Below, one piece after another: positions 52,391 through 64,000 of a stretch of DNA of 64,000 nt (positions are counted from its first letter, which is position 1; every line of letters begins with the position of its first letter). The position numbers and the translations under genes were made by a program. Source of the stretch: Raillietiella orientalis (lineage: Eukaryota). Under the pieces are notes generated by a model that searched no databases, had not been told where the DNA came from, and saw nothing but the letters and a program-made list of their open reading frames with translations. The stretch lies in contig JAYWIR010000024.1 in the NCBI GenBank assembly GCA_036172245.1, forward strand, positions 992,001 to 1,056,000, read 5' to 3'.

Positions 52391-54624
52391 CTTACGAGCC
52401 AAAACGTTTGCAGTGGCCGAAAACACATCTACATTGCAGGGTTCCGTTTCCAACATCAATTTTCTAAATTCTAAACTACGTACACGTACACGACAGGATC
52501 ATCCACACATGAATCGATCATGGCACGGAAACTACTGCAGAATAAACATTCAAATTGCTGATACGAACTTAATGATAACCAAGCCCGGGCATTATTAGCA
52601 AAATTTTGATTATATAAAATACACCCGTACACACTTGATAACAAGCTCATCTTATCTCGAACCAAAAATAAATATGCACTTCTCATTTCGGAGGATTTGC
52701 ATGTTAAGAAATCTGGCCTTTATTCTTCGTGCTGGGGAATCGCAGCATCGTTTATTTGGACGTGGACAAGCTGAGGAAAGAAGCTGTTCTCAAAGGAAGA
52801 TGGACAACGAAATGCAAACCACATCAATCATGGAGATCACAAATGTCCTCCCCCCCCCATCTTTATCTAACTAATTGCATTTGATCCGCGTGCTTCGAGC
52901 AATTCCTAGAACAAAATTTGCAGCCAACTTTTCAACGCAGATGTTGATCAATTTCATCTCGATTTTTCAGCCTGCTGAGAACTGACGACAGTGAAGAGAC
53001 ATCTGAGCAGTTGTACATTTTTGCTGCCATCCAACCAGTCATTGCACGTTACGTCTTATGAAATGGCTTTGTTTACATGTCTTCTGTCTACAAACATTCA
53101 TAAGACAGTATCCATATCTTGAAGAGCAGAGTACTCTCTTTGCCCCACATAAATGTTATCATTGTTTTTAAGCGCTGCAATTGAGTCGAACGGCAGACTT
53201 TTCAATCACTGCATCACTCTTCTCTTATTACCTAAAAACTAACTAACGCTATCTAAATCTCGGTTTTGCATGCTTAACACACTGGTAGTTAGTTAAGATC
53301 AGTTATAGTTCTATGGTGATTCGGTTGCCTGATATGATCATTCACTCATTTACAAATTTCATAACAATCTAATCAGAAGCATTGATTAAAATTATTACAT
53401 GATGGTAATCGAAATCGGCATTATTAGTATTTGTTATCATTCTCATTAATGCATTCAAATGTTACGAAAGGATTTATGAAAAACATTAGGAATGTAATTT
53501 CGAAAAACTGAATGCACATGAAATTATATACCATTTTGGTATCACTAAGGAACTAAAAACAAAATTATGTCACAATAAAATACGTAGGGAGCCTCTTTTG
53601 TAACTGTGCTCTACGAATGAAAAGGGAACGAAAATGCTTGATTAATAGCTTGATCCACTGTGAAGGGACAGTTTTTAAAGCGTTGACAGGACAGTGAATT
53701 ATGTGTTCAATAGTCCTTTAAAGATACATTGTGAAGGACACGGATACGGCCCATGATCCTCAGATGTAACAAAATCAATGATTTTTTCCAAGAGTTGAAA
53801 ATAGCTGCAGATTGCATATAATCTGGTCTTTCCTGAAAATCCCCAGCCCCCTTTTTTTTTTTTGTCTACTTCAAAATTTGCTTAGTTTATTTATTCTAAG
53901 GTAACGCACTGCGAGTATGTGCTGTATTAATCAGCATTTTATGTTTCATTGAAAACTCCTCAAGATAAAGGCTTTTCCGTTCGCCGCAATAGATATTTAT
54001 TATTTTATCTTCCTGGCATTCTTCTGACAACCGATATTTGAAGATAAAGCAACATATCGATTATTTTGCTTAATCTTTTATCATCTATTCGGAAAGGTGA
54101 ATGATGATTACCAAACCTTTTGTAATATTATCAGCAATTGTGATATCACCACTGTATATTGGTACTCATGAATGGCAATGTACAAAGCAGTTTCTAACTT
54201 ACAGAAAAGGATGCATACAGAAGGCAATCTCTAGGAGGAGAGAAATAACACACCCAAATTTGACGATTTTGCTGTTTCGTTAGATTTCGGACAGTTTAGG
54301 GTGTGAAATCGACGAAAAGGTGAGCTCAGACCACACTTTTAGAGCTCAGCGCTAAGATTTAGAAGACTCAGTCGTCGGGTGTGAATCTCGTCGTTCTGGA
54401 GGGCCCTTAAGAATTTTTTTCGATTCGAAATTCTCGTGTGGTTCCGATCCGTGAAAAAAAAAAAAGGCTGGTAGATGGAATGTAGAAGTAACACGAGGAC
54501 ATTCAGATGGCAAGATTGACAGGGGTCATCAAAGTAGATTGAAATCCTTGGGCAACGAACAAGAAGCGCTGCAGCAATTAACAACTCGAAGTGACTTCGA
54601 GATGTGAAGCCTCTTCTCTTTCTG

Positions 54625-54828
54625 ACAGCTGTGTGCTTTTATTTTTATTTTTTATAGTAGAGTTTTTGTGGTCCCCTCCCTCCCGTTCCGGACTTTCGCC
54701 ATACCGACCTGCGTGTCGGGGATCCCACCCCCTTCGTCTCTTGTTTTCCCCTTTGTCCGGGAACTCTGTTCCCGGATAGTTTTTAATAAACGCCCCGGCG
54801 CACCCGGGTGACAAACAGCTGTGTGCTT
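54625..54828 (-). mobile_element. Short retroposed insertion (SINE or 5'-truncated LINE) with 14-bp target-site duplication
   Basis: ACAGCTGTGTGCTT direct repeats at 54625-54638 and 54815-54828 flank a 176-bp GC-rich insert whose minus-strand 3' end is AAAAAATAAAAATAA. Confidence 0.75.
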
Positions 54829-56779
54829 CGAAGGATTTGTGGTCAGATAAGCAGGATCGGAAAGTGAATCTCTGTAAGCTGGACTTTGAGAAGATGAAGT
54901 TTCTATTGGGTTTTCTGTTTTAAAAAGTGGCACGTGAGTGCCACAGCACAAAAGTGTGGACAGAGATTTCAGCTTTCGAATTTTCATTTACGAGATGTCA
55001 TTTAATAAGGAGAAAACACGAATCTTTTACAGGCTATGAAGTGAATAAAATCCGACAGACTTTTCGTGTTTTCCTGATTTTACAGATGCTATTCACAACA
55101 TGATATATTTAGATACCAATGCAGTTTCTTTTTTTTCCCTCTACCTCAAGCTGCAGTGCCAACTTGATTCATGTAGATGCAGATGCGAAAGCATCCATTT
55201 TTCCCCCAGGAAGTTAGCATCATGTTAAGGAAAGCACTGGTGAATCAAAGAAAAAATTAAAATAATGTTAGGTGTTGAGAGGTTTTAACGCAGAATTGTT
55301 CAATATCGCTTTGAGTTGAAGACTATTGGATTCTATTATTCTGAGCAAAACACAGACAGTGTTTCAACAAAATTGTATTTACCATCTTACACGTTTTCAG
55401 AATGCGACTATTTATTGAATCGGGAAGTTGTCAAGAGATATGCAGACTGTGGGATCGTTATTCCTGATTCCTGTTATTCCTGATGCAGTTGGATGAGGAG
55501 GTAAGGAATGGTTATTTCTTTTCCTTGTACTTTGGATGTCCTCACGCTGTATTAAAAATGTAATGATATGAATGCTTATTGAGCAGATACCAACGGGATC
55601 GATGCACCAAAAAGGATGATTTTGCATTCTTCAGGAAGCTTATTCTTTTTTCTGCAAAAGTCTTTGTAAAATTTTGCACATGCTTTACTTATAACCCTAA
55701 ATGGACACCTTGGACACATTCGTAAGGAATGGATTAATGATGCACTTTATCATGGACTGTGTGATTCATGCCAATTCTGAGACTAAATCATAGCAAGTAG
55801 TAGTTCTAAGCCTTAAACATTCGTTACTGTCCACTTCCCTTGCTTCTCATTGTGGGGATGGTGGTGTCATTTTCAGGGATCATTCCTGAATATCGGATTA
55901 TGGAATGAAAATGCTTTTCATTAGCTTTTATGGAGATGCAAGAATCCCATTAATTGTGGCACGTTATTCAAAGAGGTTAGCCAGTCTGGTAATGCTTTAA
56001 AGCAATCCACATTTGCTTTATTGATTTACGAGGTCCATTTATTTTTTCACTTGTCTGTGAATTTCGTTGGATTATGGAGCATCGGTTGTTCAACCTGTGT
56101 TCGGAAAGGAGAGCAAGAAAACGTAATCCGCATCGGCTATTCAATTTCGATTGGTAGATATGGATTCATGAGTTCCGCATTCTTTTCTCCTCGACAAAGC
56201 TATAGGTACTGGGCCATCCATCGGTTTCCAATGTTCATAATGCTCATAAAGAGCTGACTGTCTTGGAACCTCTGTTTCCTTCCTTTTCCACGGAACCTGG
56301 AGAGCGTTTCCCTCAGCGCCATCATATCTATTCACCCCGTGGAAACGTGCTGAGAAACGCGCTACTTTCTGATCCAAACTTCCTGTAACAGGTGTGAAAC
56401 ATGCAGGAAATCGCCTTGGTGGACCAGAATGGAACTGCAGCTGAATGTTTTATTTCAGTGACGGAATTGTTCGGAATTTTCGTCAGAAAAGATCCTCCTG
56501 CTGAGTGCTCATCCTTGATTGTCGCGTGACCGACTTTGCCGGAAGGAACAGATACGTGTTGAGATGGGATACTGCTGCGTTCGAATGCCAAGGATTGAAA
56601 GTTCAATTTTCCATTGGTTCCCCCAATGTTTCAGCGCATGCCTCGTAAATGTAAACGTAAATTTAGTTCCTGATGGCTACTCCTTTCTTGCATCCGTGAT
56701 CAGGCGATGAACGCAGAGAGTTATGACGAGCCGGTGACCCCAAATCTAGAAGGTTACGTTGGAGCTCTGAGAGTTGGTA

Positions 56780-57004
56780 CCTTCCACAACAGACCACCCC
56801 GAAAACAAGCAAAAATTTCGAGCCACGGGATTTAAGTGCTCCGGCCCAAGGGATATTGACCACACTGGGTGTCACTCACCCTCACGAGTATGCATCATCA
56901 GCGCTGGAAGAAAGAGAGCAAGTGTCGAGAAATGGTTCTCCGGTTTATCTTTAGAGGATCCCGCCACCGTCAGAGCGATCGCAATAGCATCCCTGCTACG
57001 TTGA
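56780..57004 (+). mobile_element. hAT dimerisation-domain remnant
   Basis: Frameshifted PRDI/ILTTLGVTHPHEYASSA..SAGR...LEDPATVRAI resembles ARDILxIPxxSxxxERAFSSAG...LxPxTVxAL. Confidence 0.4.
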
Positions 57005-57149
57005 GATCCCGGAAGCTACGAAGTTTCAAGAGAACTGAAAATTTCCAGGCAGTCAAGTTGCTTATATTTTCATTTATACAACATGTTACAGGGGGGATTC
57101 TTGACATTCTTCCTGAATTCCTTCTCTGTTCATCTGAGGCGCTCGTCGC

Positions 57150-60100
57150 TCCTCAGCCTGTTGCTTCTTCGGCTACTTGTCCTCCGTCTCGCGAGAGCTG
57201 ATCGCTGGGGTTCTCCGGTGCTGAATCTGATTGTCGGTCCTTCGTGTGACGTGGGCTGCACAGATGTCGCTGGAGTACCGGATTCATGAAGCCACCATCC
57301 TGTGCCTCATCTTCTCCGAGTGCCTTTCGGAATTCCAAGATCCTGAAGCACTTCTTCGTTATCTGTATCCTAGGCTCCGAGAGAGTCAGCGATGAAAGCA
57401 TGAACTCTGCATTGCTTCCCCCCTCTGTTTACCTAGAGGGCTACTTCTTGGTGCATTTCCTGTTTTTTCCTCCTAGCTGTGCTGAAAACCTCTTTTCCAC
57501 CTTCGAATGGGCAACGGAAGTCCAGCACTATTGTCCGGTTTCCTTTCTTCATTACTAATTTCGGTCTTAAGAGGGAATCCCTTCCTAGCACTCTCTGGTA
57601 GTGGACATTAAGGTCCACTTTGCTTCATCCATGCTGATCATCTCCTGGATCGCGTTATGTCGTGAAATGGACAGATGAGACTCCTGCATCTTTTTAATAC
57701 ATGAAGCACCGTTTCGTCTTCTGTCAGGCAGCGCCGACATGAGTGTTCTTCTGGTTTCCTCCTGGGCCCAGCCCTGACTGGTAGGACGTTGCGTGGATGA
57801 ATCTCAGGAATTCTCCATTAGTGAGGAAGAAGCTTGAGGCATGGTGCATGCCCACACACTGCATGTCTCTTCCTTGACTGATGTGTTTTTGGGTTAGGGA
57901 TTGTCATGCGTGTTCTCTCTGCAGTGCTCTCAAGGCGGAGGTAAATTTTCTTGGTGCTGCTGAAGATCACACCGTCGGTAGCTATGTTGGATTCTCTATC
58001 AGCAAATTTTCGACGGGTTTTTGTTCTTCTTGAGGCCCTTCTTCCTTCGGACCATAGGCTCTCGGCGTCCCTACCACGTTGTGCGACTTCTCCGGAGGAA
58101 GTGCTCGTCATAAAGTCACCGAGGTTCTCATCCGTTGGTGTTTCGAGGATTCTCCTTTGGACCACTTCGTTTAGTGTCCCTTGAGCCATCCTTTTCACGA
58201 CATTGTCAGGGAAGGTGAGTAACTTGCTGGCAGTGAAGTTTCAAGAGAGATGAAAATTTCCAAGAAGCACAAGGTGTACATCAGAAAAGAAATGATGTGC
58301 TCGAATACACGGTACACCCAGTCGGATGGGTCCTCACTCCTGATAAGGAAACCTTCGAAAATTGCAGGAGACGTAGAAGAAGAAGACGATGGCAGGAACG
58401 TGCTCTTTTACTTGTTCGTAGTCCCCCCCCCCCACATTGCCACATGCAGCAAATTCTAGCAAACGGGTTTCGGGGTCCTTCCATTTTTGTCACCCAGGCA
58501 GTGCGGGATTTCTTTCTCGAAATGAGAAACAGACTTCTTGGTCTTAGGTCCCTCTTTGGAGGGTTTTCTTACGCTTCTCAATTGTGAAAATTGAGGGTTG
58601 GAAAACAATGCCACAGGGATGATGATGTCTTACTGTAGGTCATGGCAGATGGCGTCTAAAACGAAGCGATCCTTCTAGATACGAGTTCCGACCTGATCAG
58701 CAGAGACAAGACAAAAAGGGATAAACGATGGGATCACTGAGCATGAAGGAAAGAGGCTTGTAGAATGCAGCAAGGAATGGGAAAATGCAACAGATGCGCC
58801 GTGATCGATTTCCACCCTTCCGAAGAATGGTGCAGATGGAGCAGCACTCCTTCGTGCGTACCTGCCTGCCCGCGCTCTTGGCAGACACTTGCTGCTTCTC
58901 CGTAATCGGGAAGCACATAGCCCCGATGGTCACGGGCGCAACAGAACATCAAGCGATTTGTTTGCCACTGTAGGCTGGGCGGACAGCGTCACTTTTTTTC
59001 AAAGAAGAGGCTGTGAGCACCATCCGTCTCGTTCCAGCGGCTGCGAACGGTTGCTCTAGGAGGTTTTGGTGGAAAGGAGCATTCGCATCTCGGGACAAAC
59101 AGGCACCGCCGGAACGGAGTCAGAAGCGGGCTGATGCAAGCGTGCAGAGGAGGAGCTCCTGGTAGTTCCGGCTCCAGATGGAGTCAGAGTCAATTCTCCG
59201 CCCCTTCCCCCTCCTTTCCGCATGCAGAAAGATTCGTGAAGATCGGAAAAGTTTTTTCTTCTTTCATCTCTCTCTCCTGAGAAGAAAGGAAAGGGGAGTA
59301 CTTTGGGAAAGTTTCTCGCATTTCGACTTGACAGAACTGGCAAGCCCGTCAATAAAATTTATGATGCTTGCTCCTACATCCAGGTTCCTGGGAATGACAG
59401 CCGGAAACTTGGAGGCGGACAGAGTCACGACAAAGGGAAAGCCATCTTTAGCTAGGCCCTCGTAGAGGAGGGGTAGGAAGAAAAGCGGAACCGAGAACCA
59501 GTGATGATTTCTAATGATGACCAAGGCATCATCAGGAAACCCTTGGCACCCCTGATTTCTATGACATCTGGTAGCTGTCACTGAGAGAGAAAAAGAGAAG
59601 CTATCTGACCAGAGCGACAGGCTCTAGAATGGCAGAGCGCAAGCTTGGTGACAGAGATCTCTCAGGTGCGCCGAGGAATAGGATCCTAAGGGAAGGGAAC
59701 GTTCCTTCGAGGGAGTTTTGTAGAGGAATGTGCTTGGGAAGGAAGGTTCTTCCTCCCCGACTCCTCTTTCATTGGCAGACAGCTTCCACTGAATCTGAGA
59801 GAACTTACACCTAACTCTTATAACATGCTTTCTGTTTCTTGATTCAAGGCATTTCAACGTGCTCTGACTGCTCTAAGCATGCGCTCCCGGTATTGGCGCT
59901 GCATTCCGCAAACCCAGAGGGAACTGCTCGGTGCGGCACCTGCCATTGCTGCTGCCTATTCATCTAACTGTTTCCATTTGCCTGATGACTTGTGGGTGTA
60001 TCCAACGCATGCCTCGGCTATGCCGCACCTCCGAGCTCGCCATCGCGCGCCTCATGCGGTCGGTATACGTAAGAAGGTCTAAGTTTCCCTCGACCTTCAT

Positions 60101-61700
60101 CTTTCTTTTGACTTCGCGATCCTAAGGGTTTCCAGATAGTACCTCCTCTGAAGGACAGAAAGGAAGCCGGCTCGCAGAGTCGGCTCACCTCTCCTGGTTT
60201 CGTCTTCTCGAACACCGTCCTCCTGTCACTTAGAGAATTCACATGTCGAGAATGATGAGAATGATGGCCTCCGGGTGCTCCTTCCGAAGTTCTGGCCGAA
60301 GGTTTGGATCGGCTCCTTGTATCGGCTCATCGCACAGACCATCCGTTCCCTCCGCTCCTGAGTAACCCTCCTCAGCCTCCAGGTTCACCAAATGAGGCTG
60401 CCTCCTGCAGATGGGACCGACGTGCGGCACTCTGCGAGCGACTGCATGCTGCACAGTCTCATCCCATACCACACCCCTTTTGCACGAACAGTCCTCACCG
60501 TCCCCTGTTTCGTCTTCGAGGTGTTTTTAGGAGCGAAGGGAAAACCTAGAGATCCCTCTGGTGATCGATGGACACCTATGTGTGTCTTCCGAGAAGTGTC
60601 TCTCGAGTCTTTCCTTGTGAGGGAGCGGCTGGTTCCTTCGACGGTCGGTCGCTTCCCTCAGGAAGGGAAGGGATTGCCAGGACGGGCCAGGTTGCATGGT
60701 CGTGTCGAAGGGGGCGTGGAGAGCCGGGATGTGCTCTGATCGGGAAGAACGGGATCTTTGAAATGGGATCACCCTCACTCGCTCTCGTGGGGCTCGACGG
60801 GAAGTAGGGCGGAAACGAACAGCAGCGCTGCGGCAACAGAATCGCTCATTATTCGGATGAACGCAAGGGGAGGGAAGGCACAGGCCCGGTTCCAGCCTCC
60901 GCGTTAGGGGCGCTCGGAGGGGAGCCTCGCCACCGTCTTGAACAGAGGGCAGCGAGCACGCACCCGCGAACGCGAGGCTGCGGAGGATGGTCCCGACGCT
61001 GCTGCTGGGAGGCAAATCCACGGCTCTCTCGCGGGAGGCGAGCGGGGAGGAGGAGGAGGAAAGGGAAGGGAAGGAACTCCTTGATCTGTGGCTCAGGGAA
61101 AGAGGCGAGAGGGAGAGAGGAACCGCAGCTCTTCCTTTTAACGAAGGGAAGGTGCCGGTCTTGAGGGACTGGGGAACCGTCTTCCCCCATCTGAGATTCT
61201 GCAGGCGTTTTCGCGCTCCTGAGAACAGCGGCAGCATCTCCTTTCCCCCTTCCTAAAGAAATCTCCAGGACGGCGTATTTCCACTCTGAGAGATCGAGGA
61301 AAGAAGCGACGACTCCCCTCTCCTTTCCTTCCCTCCAGGGATGGTGCAGGAGGGAGCCATGCACTGGCGATGCTCCTTCGTTCGCGAGCCGGCAGATGGC
61401 GCGGATGTGACCCGTATAGCAAGCTGCAAGAGCCCGCTGGAGCCGCCGAGTTTGGATCGAACCGCATCGCCCGTTTAAAGACCCCAAAATGGAACAACGG
61501 GGTGGCAAGGAAGGAGGGAGGGAAGGGAACAAGAAGAAGAGGAGCAAAAGATCCATCAAAACGTGTTTTCCCCGTGGCTGGAGTACGGAGTACTCGAACA
61601 TGGGTCTATCCAGCTTCCCGTTCGCCAACCATTTTCGTCTCCTGCTTTTTTCCGGCGGAAAGTTCATTTATGTTTTTGTTTAATGCCTCCCCCATTCGTC
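57150..61700 (-). mobile_element. Degenerate RLE-type non-LTR retrotransposon (NeSL/Utopia-like)
   Basis: RLE domain LRPKLVMKKGNRTIVLDFRCPFEGGKEVFSTARRKK (57433-57618); CCHC finger CRRCLTEDETVLHVLKRC followed by RHNAI (~57650-57745); RT remnants (AFYKPL, DRFVL; 58250-58950); possible protease remnant near 59900-60300. 5' boundary uncertain. Confidence 0.75.
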
Positions 61701-62479
61701 AAAGAACGCTCATCCCCCTGAACGACTTTGGGAATTCGGTCTTTGGGGAATCCTCCTTCAGCGAAGATTGTGCGGGATCTCCGGAGGGTTTCCTTGCGTG
61801 GAAGTGTTTGGTTAACTCACGTGAGACTCGAATAGCGCGTAACATGGCAGCAATGTACACATTCATGCCAGTTCACTCATCATGTATAGGGTGTTCAAAA
61901 TGATACACACTTTGTGGAGAAACATAGACGCACATGCGTTCTTACCATGTGTATTTTTCACATTTACGTACATGCGGGAGGTTTCACGCATATACGTGCT
62001 CAAGCGTGCGCATACTGAAGATGTGGGACACGCACATGATGAAATGGTGTGTAGTCGCCGAGTCGACACATCATGCATGTGCATACATGTGTGTGTTGGC
62101 GTGGCTATGTGCATCTCTAAACTGATGCTTGAATCAGATTCCAGAGTGATTTGCAGATGATCAGAGCGAAGCAACGGAAGAGTAAACAAGGAAAATTCCA
62201 TATTAGGCGCAGAAAATTCATGCGCCTCTAAAGTACTCTTATGTAATGTAACAAAATGTGCTTGCCGTGCTTTTATGGAAGCCGTATTTGCTGGATGACT
62301 TGTGTCCCTGGTACTGAAAAAACAAAAACAGGATTCCAAGATGAGGTTCCCTTCCACATCCAGGATGAATACTGCTTTTGTATCTTCTTCACTGTATGCT
62401 ATCGGCCAATGATCTGGAGTGGTGCAAACGAGGATCATCATCAATTTATTCCCTGAATGGGAAACGTAAATCTCTTGAT

Positions 62480-63400
62480 TTCTCAGGGAAACTCCACAGA
62501 TGAGAACAAACACTTGGATGTCAAATCACTGGCAGTTCGTTTCAGAAAAAGTCCTTCCACGTGCCGGTCAAAGCTCAAGAGGGATCTGCTAAGACGGTCC
62601 AAAACCGTTGTGTGCGATAGGGGTCGCTTGCTGTTGCAGGCAAACTGCCATCCGAGAATTAGCACGAAACTTTCTGAGACGGGGATTCGTCGCCAATTTC
62701 GAGTGAAAGACCTCTGATAAGTGTTTCATTTCGCCCTCCAGAACATCGCAGACGCTTAAGGGAAAAGATGTGCTCGGTTTCCCACGTTAGTTGCAATTTG
62801 ACTCCGACTGGATGAAAGATACCATGCCGATGAAATTAACACTCTTGCTTCCCATGATCATCGAGTGATTAATTGTGAGCTGCGTTCATTATTCACCTCT
62901 AATGAGTATTTCAGTGTCATTCCTTCGAGGAGTTCCGGTGCTCCTTCAACTCCTAAAAAGAGACGCAGCTCAGTTGCGCGAAAATTCGGAAAAGAAAATC
63001 TTATTAACTGACCTAATCGACACACCATTCTCGAACTCTACATCCCTACCAACCTTATTCTTGACAGCCGTTTCTATCACTTGTCACGCTTAATCCACAG
63101 AAAATTTCAATACAGTGGCGATTCTTTCTGATGTCTTTTCCTCTTCCTCATCGTTTCACCTTCTGCATGGCTCGTAACGCATTTTGGCAATATGTGATTT
63201 TTGCTTTTTCCCACTAGGTTCCATCTCATCATTGGAAGATTCCTCGCTCTGAGTGCTCTTCCTTTCCTAAATAATGATATGAAAATAAGAAGAACACATG
63301 AAGGAACCAGCAAAATGGACTTCGCATGGCCGTGACCTTACCGGAAGCTGCAATGGAAGAATAGAAAGTTAGAATTCTTGAGAGCCGCTTGATGCTGCTT
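62480..63400 (+). mobile_element. Possible degenerate hAT transposase
   Basis: VKSLAVRFRKSPSTCRSKL, LILDSRF (cf. LLDPRF) and ILESRLML occur in hAT-like order; heavily decayed. Confidence 0.35.
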
Positions 63401-63413
63401 CTTGGACCTTGAG

Positions 63414-63414
<1 letters not shown>

Positions 63415-63464
<50 letters not shown>
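63415..63464 (+). repeat. (CA)n microsatellite
   Basis: About 25 uninterrupted CA units. Confidence 0.97.
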
Positions 63465-63467
<3 letters not shown>

Positions 63468-64000
63468 TTGGTTCCCTGTGACAAGAGAGCACTCCTCTGC
63501 TTATAGACTGAATGGAATCATCGCAAAGAATGAATTCCTCACGATCTTCACATTCTCTATCTTCTTCTTGCCCTGTCATCACGAGGTTGTGTTGTCACTT
63601 CCGTTTCCGTCCTCGGCTATGACATTGCCTTTGCGCAAAGCTTTCGAAAATCCTCAGGAGTCCACTGTAGGAACGAGGTCATTTCCGGAAACCCCTTCCC
63701 GGCTCCCTTCCGTCGACGTCTTCAGCCGATGGAGCAGCGCGCCGTGTCGCTGCGTGCGCGCGAGAGGGCACTGCAAGCAGCGGTTGCGACGCAGGAAGCA
63801 GCGGCTCATCCCCGACTCTGCATCTTCGGATGCGGCTGCGAACCCGTTAGTGGCGTGCAAGCCTATGGCAGGGAAAACGTTGAGCTGGGAATTCTCATCC
63901 AATGCTGCCCTCATCCATTCCTCATTAGACGTGCTTCGGACTGCTATGGGTTGAAATTCCCTCAGGAGCGTGTCTGTTGGCAAACTCCAGGATAATGCGA

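Noticed and set aside
54660..54780. HDV-like ribozyme suggested by hairpin + TGGCGAAA + CCGGAC/GTCCGG pairing on the minus strand
   Set aside because: The P3/L3/P1.1 core could not be built from the intervening purine-rich sequence
63600..64000. GC-rich Cys-containing ORFs at window end
   Set aside because: Truncated by the window edge and no recognisable domain
1..64000. CRISPR arrays, operons or prokaryotic defence systems
   Set aside because: Sequence is intron-containing eukaryotic DNA; no repeat-spacer array seen

Overview
Eukaryotic (animal) genomic DNA with ~45-60 bp GT-AG introns and TTTCAG/TTTTAG-type acceptors. This is compatible with a compact invertebrate genome such as a nematode (inference only). 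AT-rich gene islands hold four recognisable multi-exon genes: TRMT2A-like tRNA m5U methyltransferase (-), ALDH16A1-like (+), NOC2L (+) and TFG (-). There is also a small two-exon secreted-protein gene at the window start and a decayed minus-strand gene with weak Lines/LINS1-like motifs. GC-richer tracts are transposon graveyards: a fossil Polinton/Maverick-type protein-primed DNA polymerase B (possibly with penton- and glycoprotein-like fragments nearby), a near full-length degenerate L1/Tx1-like LINE, a degenerate NeSL-like RLE retrotransposon with a Ulp1-like protease remnant, another RT remnant, several hAT fragments, a palindromic MITE-like element and a short TSD-flanked retroposed insert. 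No intact novel multi-gene system is evident. All homology calls come from motif recognition by eye, not database searches.
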